Assembly (NCBI GenBank): GCA_020137815.1
Contig: CM035351.1
Location: 9,176,001 to 9,240,000 of the forward strand
Source of the DNA: Hormiphora californensis
Lineage: Eukaryota > Animalia > Ctenophora
Length of the DNA stretch: 64,000 nt
Direction of reading: 5' to 3'
The notes below the pieces were generated by a model. That model was not told where the DNA came from. It saw nothing but the letters and a program-made list of their open reading frames with translations, and made no database searches. Position numbers and translations under genes: made by a program. Shown here piece by piece: positions 39,066 to 53,797 of this stretch; positions within the stretch are counted from its first letter, which is position 1, and each line of letters begins with the position of its first letter.

Positions 39066-39486
39066 TGCGTGTGTTTCATCCTACTGCACCCAGTTACAGA
39101 GGAAAAGACCCAAAATCTCTGTACAAAATGAATGAAAGTCGGAAGAAACGTGATTACCAACAACGAATCAGAGAATCGGAGAGAGGGGCTTTCACCCCGT
39201 TTGTTATGGCCACTTCCGGAGGTTCCGGACTAGAGGCAGAACGACTAATCAAAAAGCTCGCTTCACGCATTTCTACCAAACACAAGGACAAATACGCTGA
39301 AGTGATTAATTTCCTGAGAACGCGGATACGATTCTGTCTCCTCAGAAGTACCCTGGTCTCACTCAGGGGCACGAGGAAAAAGTTCACGACTCCACCACCC
39401 ATTGCAATGTGTGATTTTACTGACTGACTTTTTATTTATAATATTTATGGTTTATTTGAGTGAGTGATTTTAAGATTTATTTATTT
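39066..39486 (+). mobile_element. Short 5'-truncated CRE-clade retrotransposon with 11 bp TSD
   Basis: VRVFHPTAPSY...KKRDY...FTPFVMATSGGSG.EA...RTRIRFCLLRS; (ttta)n tail; TSD cttatcccgcg at 39055-39065 and 39487-39497. Frameshifted mirror copy at about 31640-32075. Confidence 0.88.
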
Positions 39487-41187
39487 CTTATCCCGCGCTG
39501 CGCGTGGCGCAGAACAATCGGGGGCCCCGGGCCAGCAACGTTTGCCAAGTTCGAGTTTTAAAATCTGTGCACACGACGTGTTCTTTGAAAAGCGCTGCCT
39601 TATCCCGCCAAACGTGTTCTTTTTCGTTTTAAAATCTGCACGTTTGTTTTTTACAAGTCCGTCTCGCTTTTATTCATTAAGGGAATAACTCCACTACTGA
39701 TAAGAAAGGGACTTCAAATTTGGAGGTTTGGAAGAATAACTTTAGTTTTTACTTTTTCCTAAAGGAAAGCCCTGAGCCCAATCAACAATAGCCCTCGTTC
39801 GGATTTTGTGAAATTTTCCACGATCCTTGGGAAAAGTGAGATACGAATTTAGACTACTTAGAGAGAAGAGTTGGCGCGCGTTACCCTTTGCTTTGTGCGG
39901 TGCGACTCTCTTAGCTGAGCACAAAACTCAGATCTACGCCGCCCCATGTAGCCGCACAGGGCCTTCGGCCCGGTGCGAAGAGTACGGTCTTATATGAGAC
40001 AAATCTTCCATCTAGTTGGAGAATGGAGCGCTTAGATCATGCACGTGCAAAAGTCGCGCGCCACCCGAAATTTAGGCTACTGTCACTCCTTTGCTTTGCA
40101 TCAGATAGAAAATTGACCCTTAAGTTTTTTGTAGATCTCAACGAGATCTTTCGAAAACTTAATGGTCATTTTTCGATACTGTGAATTCCTACCCAGTTGC
40201 TCGATTAACAGAGAAAATGACAATAACTCCAGTTCCTGATGAGATTTGAAATTTGGAGGTTAGGAAGATCATGCCAAATTCTTCCGAACCTCCAAATTTC
40301 AAGTCTCCCGACCAATTTTGTTATGAAATGAAAATCCGATTTTAGGTCATGTATCGATTCTGTGCATGGTCTCCTAAAATTTATATTATGTGATTCCCAC
40401 CTCTTTACCCCTGATGTACATTTTCGTTCAACTCTTCACCCCAAACTCGTGTTTGTGCGATATTTATTATTTTGACATGCACACCACACGTTAACATGTG
40501 ATAGGCACACAAAACAAATCTGTGCACAAAAAAGGGGTGAAAATTTTTTTTTAAATGGACTTCACGTATTCTTTCACCATTTGATAAAGATCACAGACAT
40601 GGCCAATTAGAATCGAAAATCTTAAACTTTCATTAAAAAGTTTATCTTCCCGGTAAATCGAGGTTCCAAAATTGGGACCGGTTAATAGGGGTCCGACAGA
40701 TACCCAATCTTAATTCTTAATTAATGTATGGTAGATCCCAAAGTTCAATGATTTCGTTGGTGACACAGTCACCCCTCCACTACCAGCCGCGTGAAGTGCA
40801 GCAAACGAAGCCCGTGAAGGGGATGGCATCACCAAATGATTTCGACAAAACCTAGTCCAAGATTTGTTAAGTTCAAAATTAAAACCAAATCTTGCTTTAA
40901 ATTACAATAATTAAACAGAAACAATACTGAGAAAAAAAACCCAAAAACACGCTTTCTAACTTTCTTTGCCCGTAAGGAATTAATAGACAATAAGTGTTGG
41001 TACAGTTTTAGCTCACCGTTTATTATTGTACATGAAAAAGCAATCCCATCGGATTGCAATGTCGTTTATTATAGTCACATAGAAAAATATCGCTTTGGTT
41101 TCTCTAGAGGATATATAGTTCGATCTGATATATAGTTATATATCTCTCTGCTATATCTCTATTTTCTTTCTCTCTCTCTCTGCTCTC

Positions 41188-41304
<117 letters not shown>

Positions 41305-42001
41305 CCTTCCGCTTTTAATCTTTATTATATTCGAAGAAATATCAACCGTCACTCTTCCTCCGCTGTCTTTCTCCCTCGATTTCTCTCGTCATTTTGTTCT
41401 TTTCCTGGTATCGCGGCGGGTCACGTGATTTCTCGTTTAATGATCGTCAATTAAAACCACTGTGAGCTGTTTGTCACACTCTGAAACCGAATTGCAATAC
41501 CGCTGCATTAGCAGATCACCACGGCGTGTTGCTATGTTTAGCGACAAGAAAAATCGGCATGGCGTGCAAATTGTTTGATTTGCGAAACATAATACCGGCC
41601 AAGTGGCATTATCGCTGCTATAAAACCCGTCTATTTTGGGAGACCAAAATGAAATGCAATCTTGTTAGATCTTAAACACATTGGCAACTTTTACACCCGA
41701 ATATACAAGTCCTGATACATGGGAACACATCTAAACAGCCTCCAAAATATCAACAAGACAAATAGTGGCACTTGATATATTGTCTAACTTTCCCTAGCAT
41801 AACTTCTTCTTTCCGCGGTGGTGAATTGTTTCTCACCACGCTTAAACAACAAAGTAAAGACATTAATATCAAAACAAAAAACCAGCCTTTGCTTTAAGTC
41901 TATTCTAATGTAAAAAGATTTGTTCTTACACACACGTCAGAGGGTGTATACAAAACATGGCACCTCTCACTCTATCTTTATAGCTCTCTTTATAACTCTC
42001 T

Positions 42002-42065
<64 letters not shown>

Positions 42066-42201
42066 CTCTCTCTTACTCTCTCTCTCACTCTCTCACTTTC
42101 TCACTCTCTTTCTCACTCTCTCTCTACATATCGCTCTCTATTTCTCTCTTTCTCTTTTGCGGACACGCTTCGTCTGTCTCTCAGCCATGCCGCACACCTA
42201 T

Positions 42202-45200
42202 TCAGAGTTCCTTAAATGGGACTGGAGATGACGGGGGCATCTGCTTTTTATAGTTTTTGAATCTCCTAAGTGCCTTTTGAAGGACGATGGCAGCCCTTAT
42301 TTCTCTTAGCCGTTGCTTTGTGGTCGTTTCAATTACCTCAACAACAAGGGTCGGGAAAGCAGCTCTAAAGCTTTCAGCCATGAGTTCTTTAATCATTTCA
42401 AACTCATCCATATTTTTGTTTGGACCGAGTGTTTTTGAAATAAGCGCCTGGAGCACATCAATACAGTGAGCTCGGTCAGTGGGGTAGAGCGGTATATCGA
42501 GAGTGAGGATGTCATCCTCTGTCACCTTGTCATTACCCAGGGGAGGCTTCAGCTCCTGGACCAGATCCCTCAACCGACTAACGTTGAGGAACTGAGTGGC
42601 CTTTGGATCGAACATCATCCATTTCTCGTAGAATATGTTGATGTCATCCACATCTATACCGAGGTCTTCCTGCTGCTGGGCCTCACTAAAGTTGTCCAGA
42701 ATGACCGCGATGTACATGTTAATCATGACAAGGAAGGCCACAAGGACAAAGGAATCCAAAGTATCCCACACCGAAAGCGTCATTTCCGCAGTCTCCGTTA
42801 GCGCCGACTTTGTCCTCGTAGAGATTAACATCGCAGTCGGGAGGGCTAATTTGAACGGAGGAAAGGACGTCGTTCCAACCGGCTGATGTTGCTAACCTTG
42901 TCATCAAAATTAACGCCTTATCCGTGGAGGCGAAAGTTTTGCTGAAAAAAATTGTGTTAGAAATCCATGTTTCGACATTCGATTGGCTGGGAAACATTAT
43001 AATCAGTTTATCCTATTGAACGACGAACGCGTCGCTATTTATAGACCAGACTTACCTGGTCGGTCAAGATTCCTTGGATCTGTACGTAACCAAACATAGC
43101 CACACCGACGACAGAGTAAATGTAGATGATAAGCATGAGAAGTGTCCCGATGTTCATAAGAGCAGGCAGGGAACAAATGAGAGTGTAGAGAAGCCTTCGT
43201 ATACCCTTAGCCATTTGAATGATTCGGAGAATCCTAGCGACCCTGAACACCCGGAAACACCGCAATATCGAAGGATTAATGAATGAGTCCAGTTTCATCA
43301 TGTCAATTATCATGCCAAACCAGGCCGCACACACGATCACAAAATCGAAAACATTCCAGCTTTTGTGAAAGTAGAATTTTCGATATCCGATTAGCTTCAC
43401 CAGTGCCTCGACGGTATAGATGATTGAAAATATAAGGTTGGCCCACCACATTACTAAATCAAATGTTACTGATGAGTTGTGATGCTCCATGCACATCTGT
43501 CCCATATTGAGCAAAATAACAACAGTGATGAGAATCTCGAACTTCTGGCTCTCGGAGATGTCGTAGCAGAGTCGCATGAAATCGTTTCCTGGTGGGCTAA
43601 CCATTCGCATCGGCTTGGTTTTTGTCATTTTCCGGAAAGTAGCCATCCATTGTCGCTGTCCAGGTGTCAGGAGGACTCCAAGTTGCCCCTTCTCTTCGTA
43701 CTGAAATGGATTAAAGATTGGAGAAGAAACGTTCGAAACTAATTGATTTTAATCGGTGCAAAAACCTTACCTCTTTCTTGAGTCGGTTAAAGTTGTCAAT
43801 AATGACTCCGACCAGAAGATTAAGAGTGAAGAATGATCCGACGAAAATGAAGACTAGGAAGAAGAGGTACGGTAGGAGGGAGTTCTCGAAGCTCGGCTGC
43901 ATGTCCTTGCCTACAGAGTCAACGGAATCGTCCATAACCTCCATCCAACCTTCAAACGTTGCCTAAAATATATCGATCATTACCTCACTTTATAAATTCC
44001 CGTGTTCTAACTACTCGATAGAACAAATGGCGGTGTAAACGTTAAAGCAAGGTGTTGAGGGGTTTGGGAAACGTAAAAATGCAGTGTAAATATTCTTGTT
44101 TCAGCTAAACTTACCACTTGGTAGAGGGCAATAAACGCGTTTAGTGTATTGTCAAAGTTAATTTTCGAGTTTCTCCAGTGCTCTTCCCCGTACTTAGCGA
44201 TGCACATGGTTTTGTTGACCACTTCATCAGCAGGAATCTTTTCTCCGTCATCATCGAGGCATTTCCAAAACTTTTCTCCGAAAAATTGAACAGCTAGAAT
44301 ACTGAAAAAGAAACAGTACTTGGTTAATTTAGGATGGCCATGGCGAGTTAAATCTCAAAAACCACATATATTAATATAACTACAACAACTACAAAATCTT
44401 ACCAGAATACAAGCCATAAAACCAGGCAAACCAGTGACACATTTCCAAAGGACGGAATACTGGCAATAAGGGCATTTACAGAGAGTCGCATTCCCTCCCA
44501 TCTTGAAATGGCTCGAAGAGGCCTGAGTGCCCTGAGTGCTCGAATGGCCTTCAATCCACCAATACCGGCGTTGGCCAAAATAATACTGATGATTGAAATC
44601 TAAAAAATTTAGTGTCAACTATTGATTTAAATAATATGATAGAAGAATACAGTTAGTTGGTCACGCAGACTTACCGCTACCACAATAGAATCGAGCCAAT
44701 GCCAAGCAGACTCGAAGTATCCTTTGACGCCAAACGCGAACATCTTCATGATTAACTCAAGCAAGAAAACAACGGTGTAGAAGTTGTTCAGGCAATCAAT
44801 TATCTGTTTCTTTATGGGATGGTAGTCCAGAGAAACGTCCTCGAAGGCCAGTGTCAGACTGGATACCATAATCAAGGTTAAGATGGTGTACTCGAACAGG
44901 TTGTGCTCTACTATTGACCTGATTGAAGATCTAAATCTAGAACAACAGACACAAAATGGCCGACAGCACATGGAACAGCAGAGGCAGCAGTCGTGACATT
45001 TTCCCTCCATAAAGCTCATTTTATCATCCTCTTCATCTATTCCTGCACGGGAAAATCGAACATTGTGCTACCAAATTAGGAGCCTTACAGAGTTGTACAA
45101 CATCTACAACAATATTATAAACAGACAAACTCACGTGAACCATGGATGAAATTAACATAATCTTACCATCGATATTGGGATCTATTTTTTCATTTTCTGG

Positions 45201-48200
45201 GTTTCCATTTGAACGACCCTCATTCCGGTTATCACAGTCGCTAATACGTGCAAGCCTCATCTGCTCATTAGGAGAGGACGCAAGGTTTAACTGAGACATT
45301 CTGATATCACTTGCCAATCGGTGCTTTTTCCGCCGAGTACTCAACAACTTGTTGTAGATTCTAGTGTGTAGAGGAGGCACTGGGTTCTCCTCTGCTTCCG
45401 GTTGATTGTTAAGCGAGTCTTCTCCGAAGGCATTGAGAAGCAGGGCGAGGAACAGATTTAGAATCAGGAAGTTTCCCAAGATCAGCGCTCCGATGTAGAA
45501 CACCACCGGCCAATATTGATTGTTTGTCGCATATAGTGTCTCATATAGCAGTTCAATCCATTCACCACACAGAATCCGGAAGAGTAACATGAAAGCATGC
45601 CAAAAATCGTCATAGTGCCATCTCGGCCAGTCCCCCTGAAAATAAAAAATCAGTATTGGTTTTTGCGTTTTGATTGAACTGATAATGAATAATGAACAGT
45701 GCTCATACCGGTTTCTCAGGAGTATGTCTTGACTTGTATGCATCTTGGAAAAGATTCATTCCGATAACAGATAGGGCATAGATGACCACCCCAAGAATAA
45801 CTGACAGATACACAAGACCTGATATGGACTCAGCAATGATATCGATAAGTGCCTTCATTGTACTCCACGACTTCGCCAATCGAAACACTCTCAACTGAAA
45901 GATTTGTCAATGTTTCACACTTTTCGCGGTGTTAGTAGTGAATTTTAGGTAGCACATAGTACGCTGTCTGTCGCACTATTGCACGCTCAGATTTGAGAAT
46001 CCAAACGGGGTCTGGCGGTGCCAGACAGGTTGTATAATATGTCTTACCACACGCAATGATCGAAGACCAGAAACGTTGAAGCTCGTACTGGATCCAAGAT
46101 TCATTTCAATGAGCGAGACCATGACAATAATGGTATCAAAGACGTTCCAATTAGTTACAAACTCTCCCGGTAATAGGCCCACCATCTTAATCACCAGCTC
46201 AGTTGTAAAGATCCATGACAACACCTGAAGGAAATTTTGGTTTACAATTTGTAAGTCATACAAATGACCATTACATGTTTTTCAATGTCTCATAATTAGA
46301 ACTTACATCGTTGACTTTGGAAAGAATCTTGGCCACATCACCATCCAGACCTGGTGAGTCTATCGCCAAACACAGGGTGTTGATGACAATACACAGCATG
46401 ATGCCGTTCTCGAACCAGACACAGTAAATAAAACTTTTGACGTGCTGTCGAAACCATTTCCATAATCCAAGATCTTTCTCAACTGTGCTAGAGGAGCTAT
46501 CGGAAGAATCCTTGTCGCTCTTTTCACTACTGTGTGCCGTTCCTGCCTGTTGTCCATCTCCACATTCTGGGTCAACAGGGGATTCCTTCTTTTTCAGGCA
46601 ACCACACAAACTTTTCAGCTTATCTTTCACCGATGGTTTCTCTGGTATGTGGTTCGGATCATGAATTCCAGTGTGATTGTCGTTGTTGTAGTGCCCCTGA
46701 CTACTATTCCCCGAACAACTTTCTTCCTCTATGATACTGTCATGACTATCTTCCAGTATTTGACTGGATCCCCCGCTCTAAAAAGAAATGGAGTAGTAAA
46801 CGGCTGTCGGCTATAAGTCCGATCGGTCAATTAAATATCTGCAGAGATGATATCTGTCAAACTCCACCTCATATGTGAAGCTGTCAGACTTAGCCCGCCT
46901 CACCTGCTTCTACTGATTGGAACAATAGTGGTCAGGCATTGCCTGGCAGGGTTCACATGATGGGGTGGGGGTGACAGATATATAGGAACGATGAATACAT
47001 AAAAAAGAAATTGATCAGTCTAATATTTTGGGGTGTTAATATGTTACGTGAACTGGCGATATATGTTGGTAAATACCTTTTCCTCGTCCTCTGGTTCGTC
47101 TAAAGCTTCTTGCTCATACGAAATAGCCACGACAGCCAAAACCAAGTTGATAAGATAAAACGAACCAAACAGCAGAATGCACAAGAAATAGGTAATATAC
47201 ATGGCTCCACATGACCCTAAAATCTGCAGGAATTCATTTTTAAGAAACTTATAACTTCGGAAAGGGAACTTCGGGAAGTAAACGCACGTCGTCCTGGGTG
47301 TGGACTAAAAAGATATATGCTTTATTGCACTAAATCCCTTGCCCGTATCACGGAAAGGCTTATAAACTGGCCATTAAAATATGTACCTTGCTATAAACAT
47401 CCTCCCAAAAGTCCAGTGTGATAAGTTGAGCACATGTTAGCATGGCGTAGGCAAAGTTATCAAAATTTGTATGTCCCTGATTAGGATTAGCATCTGTGTT
47501 CAAGCATTTTGATCCCAATGGACACTGTCTGGTACCCCTAAAAGAAAACACATGATTAGTACATGTACATAATACATCGAGTACGTATATTGCCATATGA
47601 TTGTAATCGATGGCATTGTGTATTATACATACATTGATCCTGGAGTCCCGCAGATGATAGGTTCATCTATTGATACCCAGTTATCTTCAGTATTAATGAA
47701 TTCATTCCACATGTCCAGATAGCTAGAATTCCTTTCAACATCAAATTTTTCATTTATTGTATTCAGTGCATCTGCATCTTCACTTTCCAAAGTTGCTAGA
47801 TACTCGTAATACCAGGCTTCCTCGTTAGCATCCGGATCAACAATGCATCTGTTCCTCAGTTGCCCCATGAAAAGCTGTAAACCAATAATAGCGAACACCG
47901 CCAGGAAAAACACTGTCAACAACATGACGTCTGATAGATTTTTCAGCGATTTTAGGAGCGAGTTTACCATGATTCTCAATCCTGAAACAGACCGTGTTAA
48001 AAGTCTAGCAATGCTCTAATTTACAAACAAATCAAAACACCTGGTTAGTCACAAGACACACAAAACACACCTGGTACCACTGTAATGACTTTCAGGGAAC
48101 GCAAAACCCTCAGCGCCTTTATGAACGAAAGCTTACTGAGCTCCTTTTGTAACGTCAAATACCTGAAAAGTGTTTGTTTAGAAATAATTCCGATTCAGAA

Positions 48201-48965
48201 ATTACATTTGTTCTCGTGTAAACTGTTAGTCCAAGATGTGATACATGGAATAATTTTGAACTTACCCAAACACCACTACCAGAAAATCCAAACGGTTCCA
48301 AGGGTCTCTGAGATATGCATTTTCATGCATCGCAAATCCCCTCCCGATTGTTTTTACTATCATCTCTGACGTGTATATAGCTGCAAACCCCATTCTGAAA
48401 TAATAATATTGATCGTACATCAGATGGCTAACCGAATCAGCTTTAGAAAATTAAAGATTGAAGACGTTCTTGTACAAAGACTTTACTTACTCTACAGCTA
48501 CAGTTTGTACTTCATCAGTGTTGATTGCAAGTATCACACAGTTTGCCAAAATAACAGTTATAATAAAATTGTCGAACCACTGGTTGCAGATCAGTCTGAT
48601 GCAGAATGCTCGAATTGGATTTTTTGTTGACAAAAGCCAAAGGGACTTTTCTTTACTGAATTTAAAGGTAACTGTAGAGCCCATCCTTTTTTCGACGATC
48701 GTCAATGTCTGAAATGAAAGGGGTAATAATACTCGGATAGATCTTCATATCTTAAAAGCTTGACTGTTGGTAAACAGCTGTAGCAGCTAGCTGCCTTGCG
48801 GGATAATATCTTGTCAAGGAATCTAATGCCTATGAAACAAACCGAGTTGCTAGAGCTTGTAGAGGATCCGCGGCCCCTGATACTGGGAAGCATGGGCTCT
48901 GAGTACTCCTCTGCCATCACGTTTCCCGCTGCGTTACTCATCATATCGTTTGCATCTGACGACAT
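42202..48965 (-). CDS. Voltage-gated sodium channel alpha subunit, Nav2-type (DEEA filter), multi-exon
   Basis: Four homologous domains with S4 segments ([10 protein letters not shown]; [14 protein letters not shown]; [13 protein letters not shown]; [13 protein letters not shown]). Pore loops TLDFWE, CGEWIE, TFEGWME, TSAGWND; C-terminal EF-like region and IQ-like [13 protein letters not shown]. Apparent 1 bp indels at about 48710, 42935 and 42752. Confidence 0.96.
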
Positions 48966-50712
48966 TGCAGGGGGACACCACTTTCTGACAACCTTTTACA
49001 TTCCCCCACACACACCGAAACTTACTAAAGAGGCTAAAGAGTAGCTGTGCTTGTTTTTGCTTAAGAGCCAGTGGTATAATTTTCAGACCCACGTGAGGCA
49101 CATGTGTGTTTAAAAGAGCTACGATCATTTTCGACGTTACAAAAGGCTGTTTTTAACAAATAAAAGGGTTGGATCCGTTGCGGCGCCTCTTGCACTAGAT
49201 CAAGAGGAAACTGGCAAAAAGGTAGAGACACCATTGGGGACAGTGGGTAGAACCAGGAAGGATGATAATACACTAAAGTAGCCAGCTGTATACAATCGAG
49301 ACGGAGACTCAAGTACTTCTGAAGAATGAACGCCGAATGAAAATACTGACAAATTGAATTAAAAAATCTTAAAATCAAAACTGATTAAAAAGAGAATATA
49401 ATATAATGATTAAAAGAGTTGATACGACGCCTCCTTGTCTTGATGGGACCTACATGGCTATTAAAATAGAACGAATTTAGAATTGGACACACCGATAAAA
49501 CAGCTCGACGAAGAGAAAGGGAAGATTTTGATTGCCACCGCAGATGATAATTCTGCTCGATCTCTCGCTCGCTCTTTGATTGGCGGAAACACACCAAGCG
49601 CATGTGTGTATGTTTCGATAGAAGTGAAAGATCTCATCTCTCTCTCTCTCTCTCTAGCGCGATCTATCGATCCTCGCTATATCGTCTATTCTCCTCTCGC
49701 GTAGCGGTCTCGTTCTCTATAGTACTCGATATATAGAACGACGCCGTCTCGCTATTACTCGCGAGACTCGCTATCGCTGAGTCTCTATCGCGGAGAGTCG
49801 TCGATAGCTATATCGCTCTTCTCTCTGCTATCTTATCTATAGCTTCTATTCTCTCATTTCTATCTGCTCTGGCTCAGATGTGGGCTGTGGCACGACAAAA
49901 TGATTCCTTGGTAATATAATGGGGAACATTTCTGAGAGTTCATGGTCCGGGTCAGAAACTGGAAAACCCAAAATTATATAGGCAGTCATCACCGTGATAG
50001 CTTAAACTGCTCGTACCCTTTGACAAAAGGGCACGAGTTTGCAAAGACCCTCTTCTCCGTGCGAGTGTACGATTGAATTGTTCAGTCAGGCGATCAAGGT
50101 TGAGTCGCCTGACACTGTGTCCGCACGGAACACGTTTTTAGAATAAAAAGAAAGTATAAACAATTCAAGATCAAGGGCAGTCCAATCAACACAACCAAAA
50201 TAATCATATATTTGTGTTCATATTTTCCTTACCGGTCTGTCTGTAGCCATTTTATTCAGTTGCCTTTTTGCAATGGTACAATCTCGGTTGTTTACCCACC
50301 TTTATTACTTGAAAATGTTTTAGGTTATCCTTAGGAGTTACAGGGTGCTGTCTACATGTACAATGTCAACACTCAACTAAGTATATAATAGGCTCTGCAG
50401 AGACAGTTATCTACACTTCAAGTTTTTATTTTAACTCACAATATGTACAAATCTCGATTTGCCGGAACGGAGGAGTGGCCGGTAAATCAAGGTTTTACTG
50501 TTAAATACATAAGGAGTATGTAGCGAAACAAGAGGGTTGGGTTTCGTAACAAGCCGACAATTGAAAGTAGGAGTATGAGAAAATCAGCTAGATAGGGCAG
50601 AACGACTAGTTTTTAAGAGAAACGTGTACTAAAGTGATTTGAGCTGTCACCGGCTTTTGGTTTTAACATCATTTTGGAGCCAAGTTAAAGTTTCCAACTT
50701 CCCAAGGCAATA

Positions 50713-50884
50713 CAGTCGGACCCCGATTTAACGGCACCCTCGGGGGAAAGGGTTTTGTCCGTTAAATCGGGGTGTCCGCTAAATCGGGGTCAAATACTGT
50801 TAATTTCCTATATCGGGGGAAGATTATGCTGCCGTTAAATCGGGGTGCCGCTAAATCGGGGGCCGTTAAATCGGGGTCCGACTG
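50713..50884. mobile_element. pogo/Tigger-like MITE (family of 1471-1642, opposite orientation)
   Basis: ta|cagtcggaccccgatttaacggc...gccgttaaatcggggtccgactg|ta. Confidence 0.9.
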
Positions 50885-52289
50885 TACTATCAATGCATGG
50901 GGGAAAACTACGTAATAAATCAGGCTGGGATTTACATTGGTATTGAACCGTGCATTTCACCATTTCACCACTGTTAAAATTTAATCGGATTTTCTTTGCA
51001 AGGAGACTAAATAAAAAGCGATGGTTCTGTTCTATACCGAGAAGACATTCTGTTTTCGAGATTTTTTCCCCAACAACAAATGCCATAGTGTGGCGTCAAA
51101 AAGGAACTGGTCGAAACAGCATAATAATAGGGAGCTCCTGGAGTATTTTTCCATGGAACTACCTGTCAGCTTTAATAATCCTGTTGCAGTAACAAGCGTC
51201 AGATAGACTCAACAACAATCGGACTGTATCAACTTCCAGTCTGGGAAGAATGTATTTTTAGTGAAATACACTCTGGCCGAATGTGGGTCTGTTAATCATT
51301 GACCACTGACAATTTTTGGCCGAATATTTATTCGCTCGTCTTCCCAAAATAGGAATGTTAACTTGGTCAATAGAATTCACATGTCTACACAGCAGAATAA
51401 TAGCATCAGTAACAGTTAAAAGTGCTAAATGATACGCTGACTGATAATTCATCAGAAGATAAAACCCATCAAAGAATAGTTTCAGTCCATTTACAGTTAA
51501 GCATGTGTTAATAATCCGATCAATTAAAGATATACAGCCCAGCCCTTTTTTAAATGAGCAACTGTTATAAAATGAGTCGTTCATTTTGATTTAGTTTTTA
51601 GATCAAAAATAGCTTTGGCACATATTCAAACGATGGTTTAGCTAGTTTAGATGATACACAATTCGATTCGGTTTTTGGTAAAGTAATGGTGTTAATTAAT
51701 TGGCCCACTCGGCATCTTAAACATGGATTTTATTGCCATGGCAACTATGCATGTTGTAGAAACATGGCAAATATTTTCCGAAATATGAAGTGAACATTTT
51801 TATATAGGTTTCGAATGCTATATGACGAAAATGTCATTAGCTAGCCAGGGAGTCACTTTTGAGTCTGTCAGGCGGTTATTAACTGCCTGACAGACTCAAA
51901 AGTAACTGCCAGTTACTTTTTCTAATCGAATGATTCATGTCGTTGCATACTTTCTATACTTTTCTAGCACCTATTCTCTTATAAAGGGTTTCCCTAAACC
52001 ACTATAACATTGACAGGTCAGACTCACTTCAGTCGCATTTTCAACCTTTCATACCCCCGCCTTGAGCATCTACCCTAGGTCTAATTGAAATTAAAATAGT
52101 GTGTTAAAATACTTAGCATAAATGTGATTGAGTCATATTTTCTCTGTGGCTGTATATAAATATGGCCAATATTCTAATAGAGAAGACGGTGATGAGGAGC
52201 ACACACAATTTAGTTGTGCTAAACAGAAATGAGGGAATTGAGAATAAAACTCAGAGAAACTCGGATTCTCATTCTTCTTTCCTTGCTAC

Positions 52290-52291
52290 CG

Positions 52292-52360
<69 letters not shown>

Positions 52361-52413
52361 TTCTCTCTCTCTCTCTTTCTCTCTCTCTCCCTCTTTCTCT
52401 CTCACTCACTCAC

Positions 52414-52475
<62 letters not shown>

Positions 52476-52838
52476 CCTGTCTCTCTCTCTCCTCTCTCTC
52501 TCTCACTCACTCACTCATTCTCTCTCTAGAGCAGTATAAGATCATCTAGTGAAACTTGACAGTAAATTTGCGTCAATTTAGTTTCATGATCGCCACTGAT
52601 TGGCCTCACACCAGTAATTGGAAGGCACACACACTCACACCAGGCATCTCTCCTTCTCCAAATATCTATCTCTCTCTCTCTCCTTCTCTCTATCTCTCTC
52701 TCCTCTCTATCTCTCCTTCTCTCTCCCTCTCTCTCCTTTCTCTTCTCTCTCTCTCGCTCTTCCTCTCTCTCCTCTCTGCTCTCTCTCTCTCTCTCTCTCT
52801 CTCTCCTTCTCCAAATCTCTATCTTCTCTTTCTCTCTA

Positions 52839-52897
<59 letters not shown>

Positions 52898-52945
52898 ATC
52901 TCTCTCCCTCTCTTTCTCTCTCCCAATCTCCCGTTTCTCTATCTG
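52290..52945. repeat. Two (CT)n-rich tracts
   Basis: Direct inspection (about 52290-52530 and 52640-52945). Confidence 0.9.
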
Positions 52946-53757
52946 ACTGTGCCATAAATAACATTAACCATCTGCACACGACGGTAGAGTAAACGAGCTC
53001 TGAACCCAATCTCACATTCCGTGTCTCCATCGCCGGGAGAGAGAGCCAGAAGAGTGAGAGCAATTAGAGAAGGAATGAAGAGATGATTAGGAGAAACAAT
53101 TTTCCGAAAAAGAACTAAAAAGTTGGATCTGTGTGGGTATAACATCATCATTCATAATGATATACCAATGAAAGTCATCTTCAAAAGGAAACAGTACATT
53201 ATAAGATATGGAAAAGTAGATGATGTTTACACGAATCAGGGTTTCCGATGGGTTTTTAGATGCTGTGGCGGCTTACCTTGCCTTGTTCGATTATAAGATA
53301 AAATCAAAATAGTTTGAACAAAACAAGGCTTGCCTTGCTGCAAAACTCCTTTTTTACTTATGGTAGAGTTAGTTCAAGTATACATTTAGTTGTGGTCGAC
53401 CATTAATGTTTGAAAGTATTATTTACACCACTAAATTGTAATAAGATTCTTATCTTGCGTCCCATGAATAGCCCCTGCAGTTGTTGTTATACTCATCATT
53501 TCACATACCCCACGTTTTTAATTTCTTTATCACGGGTAACCCGATATATTAGCTGGAAAGAAACCAAGTTGAGCATGCAGGGTACTGCTGCTGCAGGTCG
53601 ACCTCATTATAGTTCTCTGCAACCTCTCATATCTGTGTATCGAGACTGCTCTGGATAGACCAGTGTTGAGATGGCTCTGCTGTAGAGGGGTCACAGGTAG
53701 GAGCTCTAACTGTGTCATCCGGTGTCCCATTACCTTTTATACTCTCGCTCATCTCCC

Positions 53758-53797
<40 letters not shown>

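Noticed and set aside
42740-48720. Nav pseudogene because of frameshifts at about 48710, 42935 and 42752
   Set aside because: Single-base indels in short homopolymers within otherwise conserved coding sequence; likelier consensus errors (48710 could also be a small intron).
49640-49860. Odd CG/AT-interrupted low-complexity stretch
   Set aside because: Looks like noisy consensus across a (CT)n tract.
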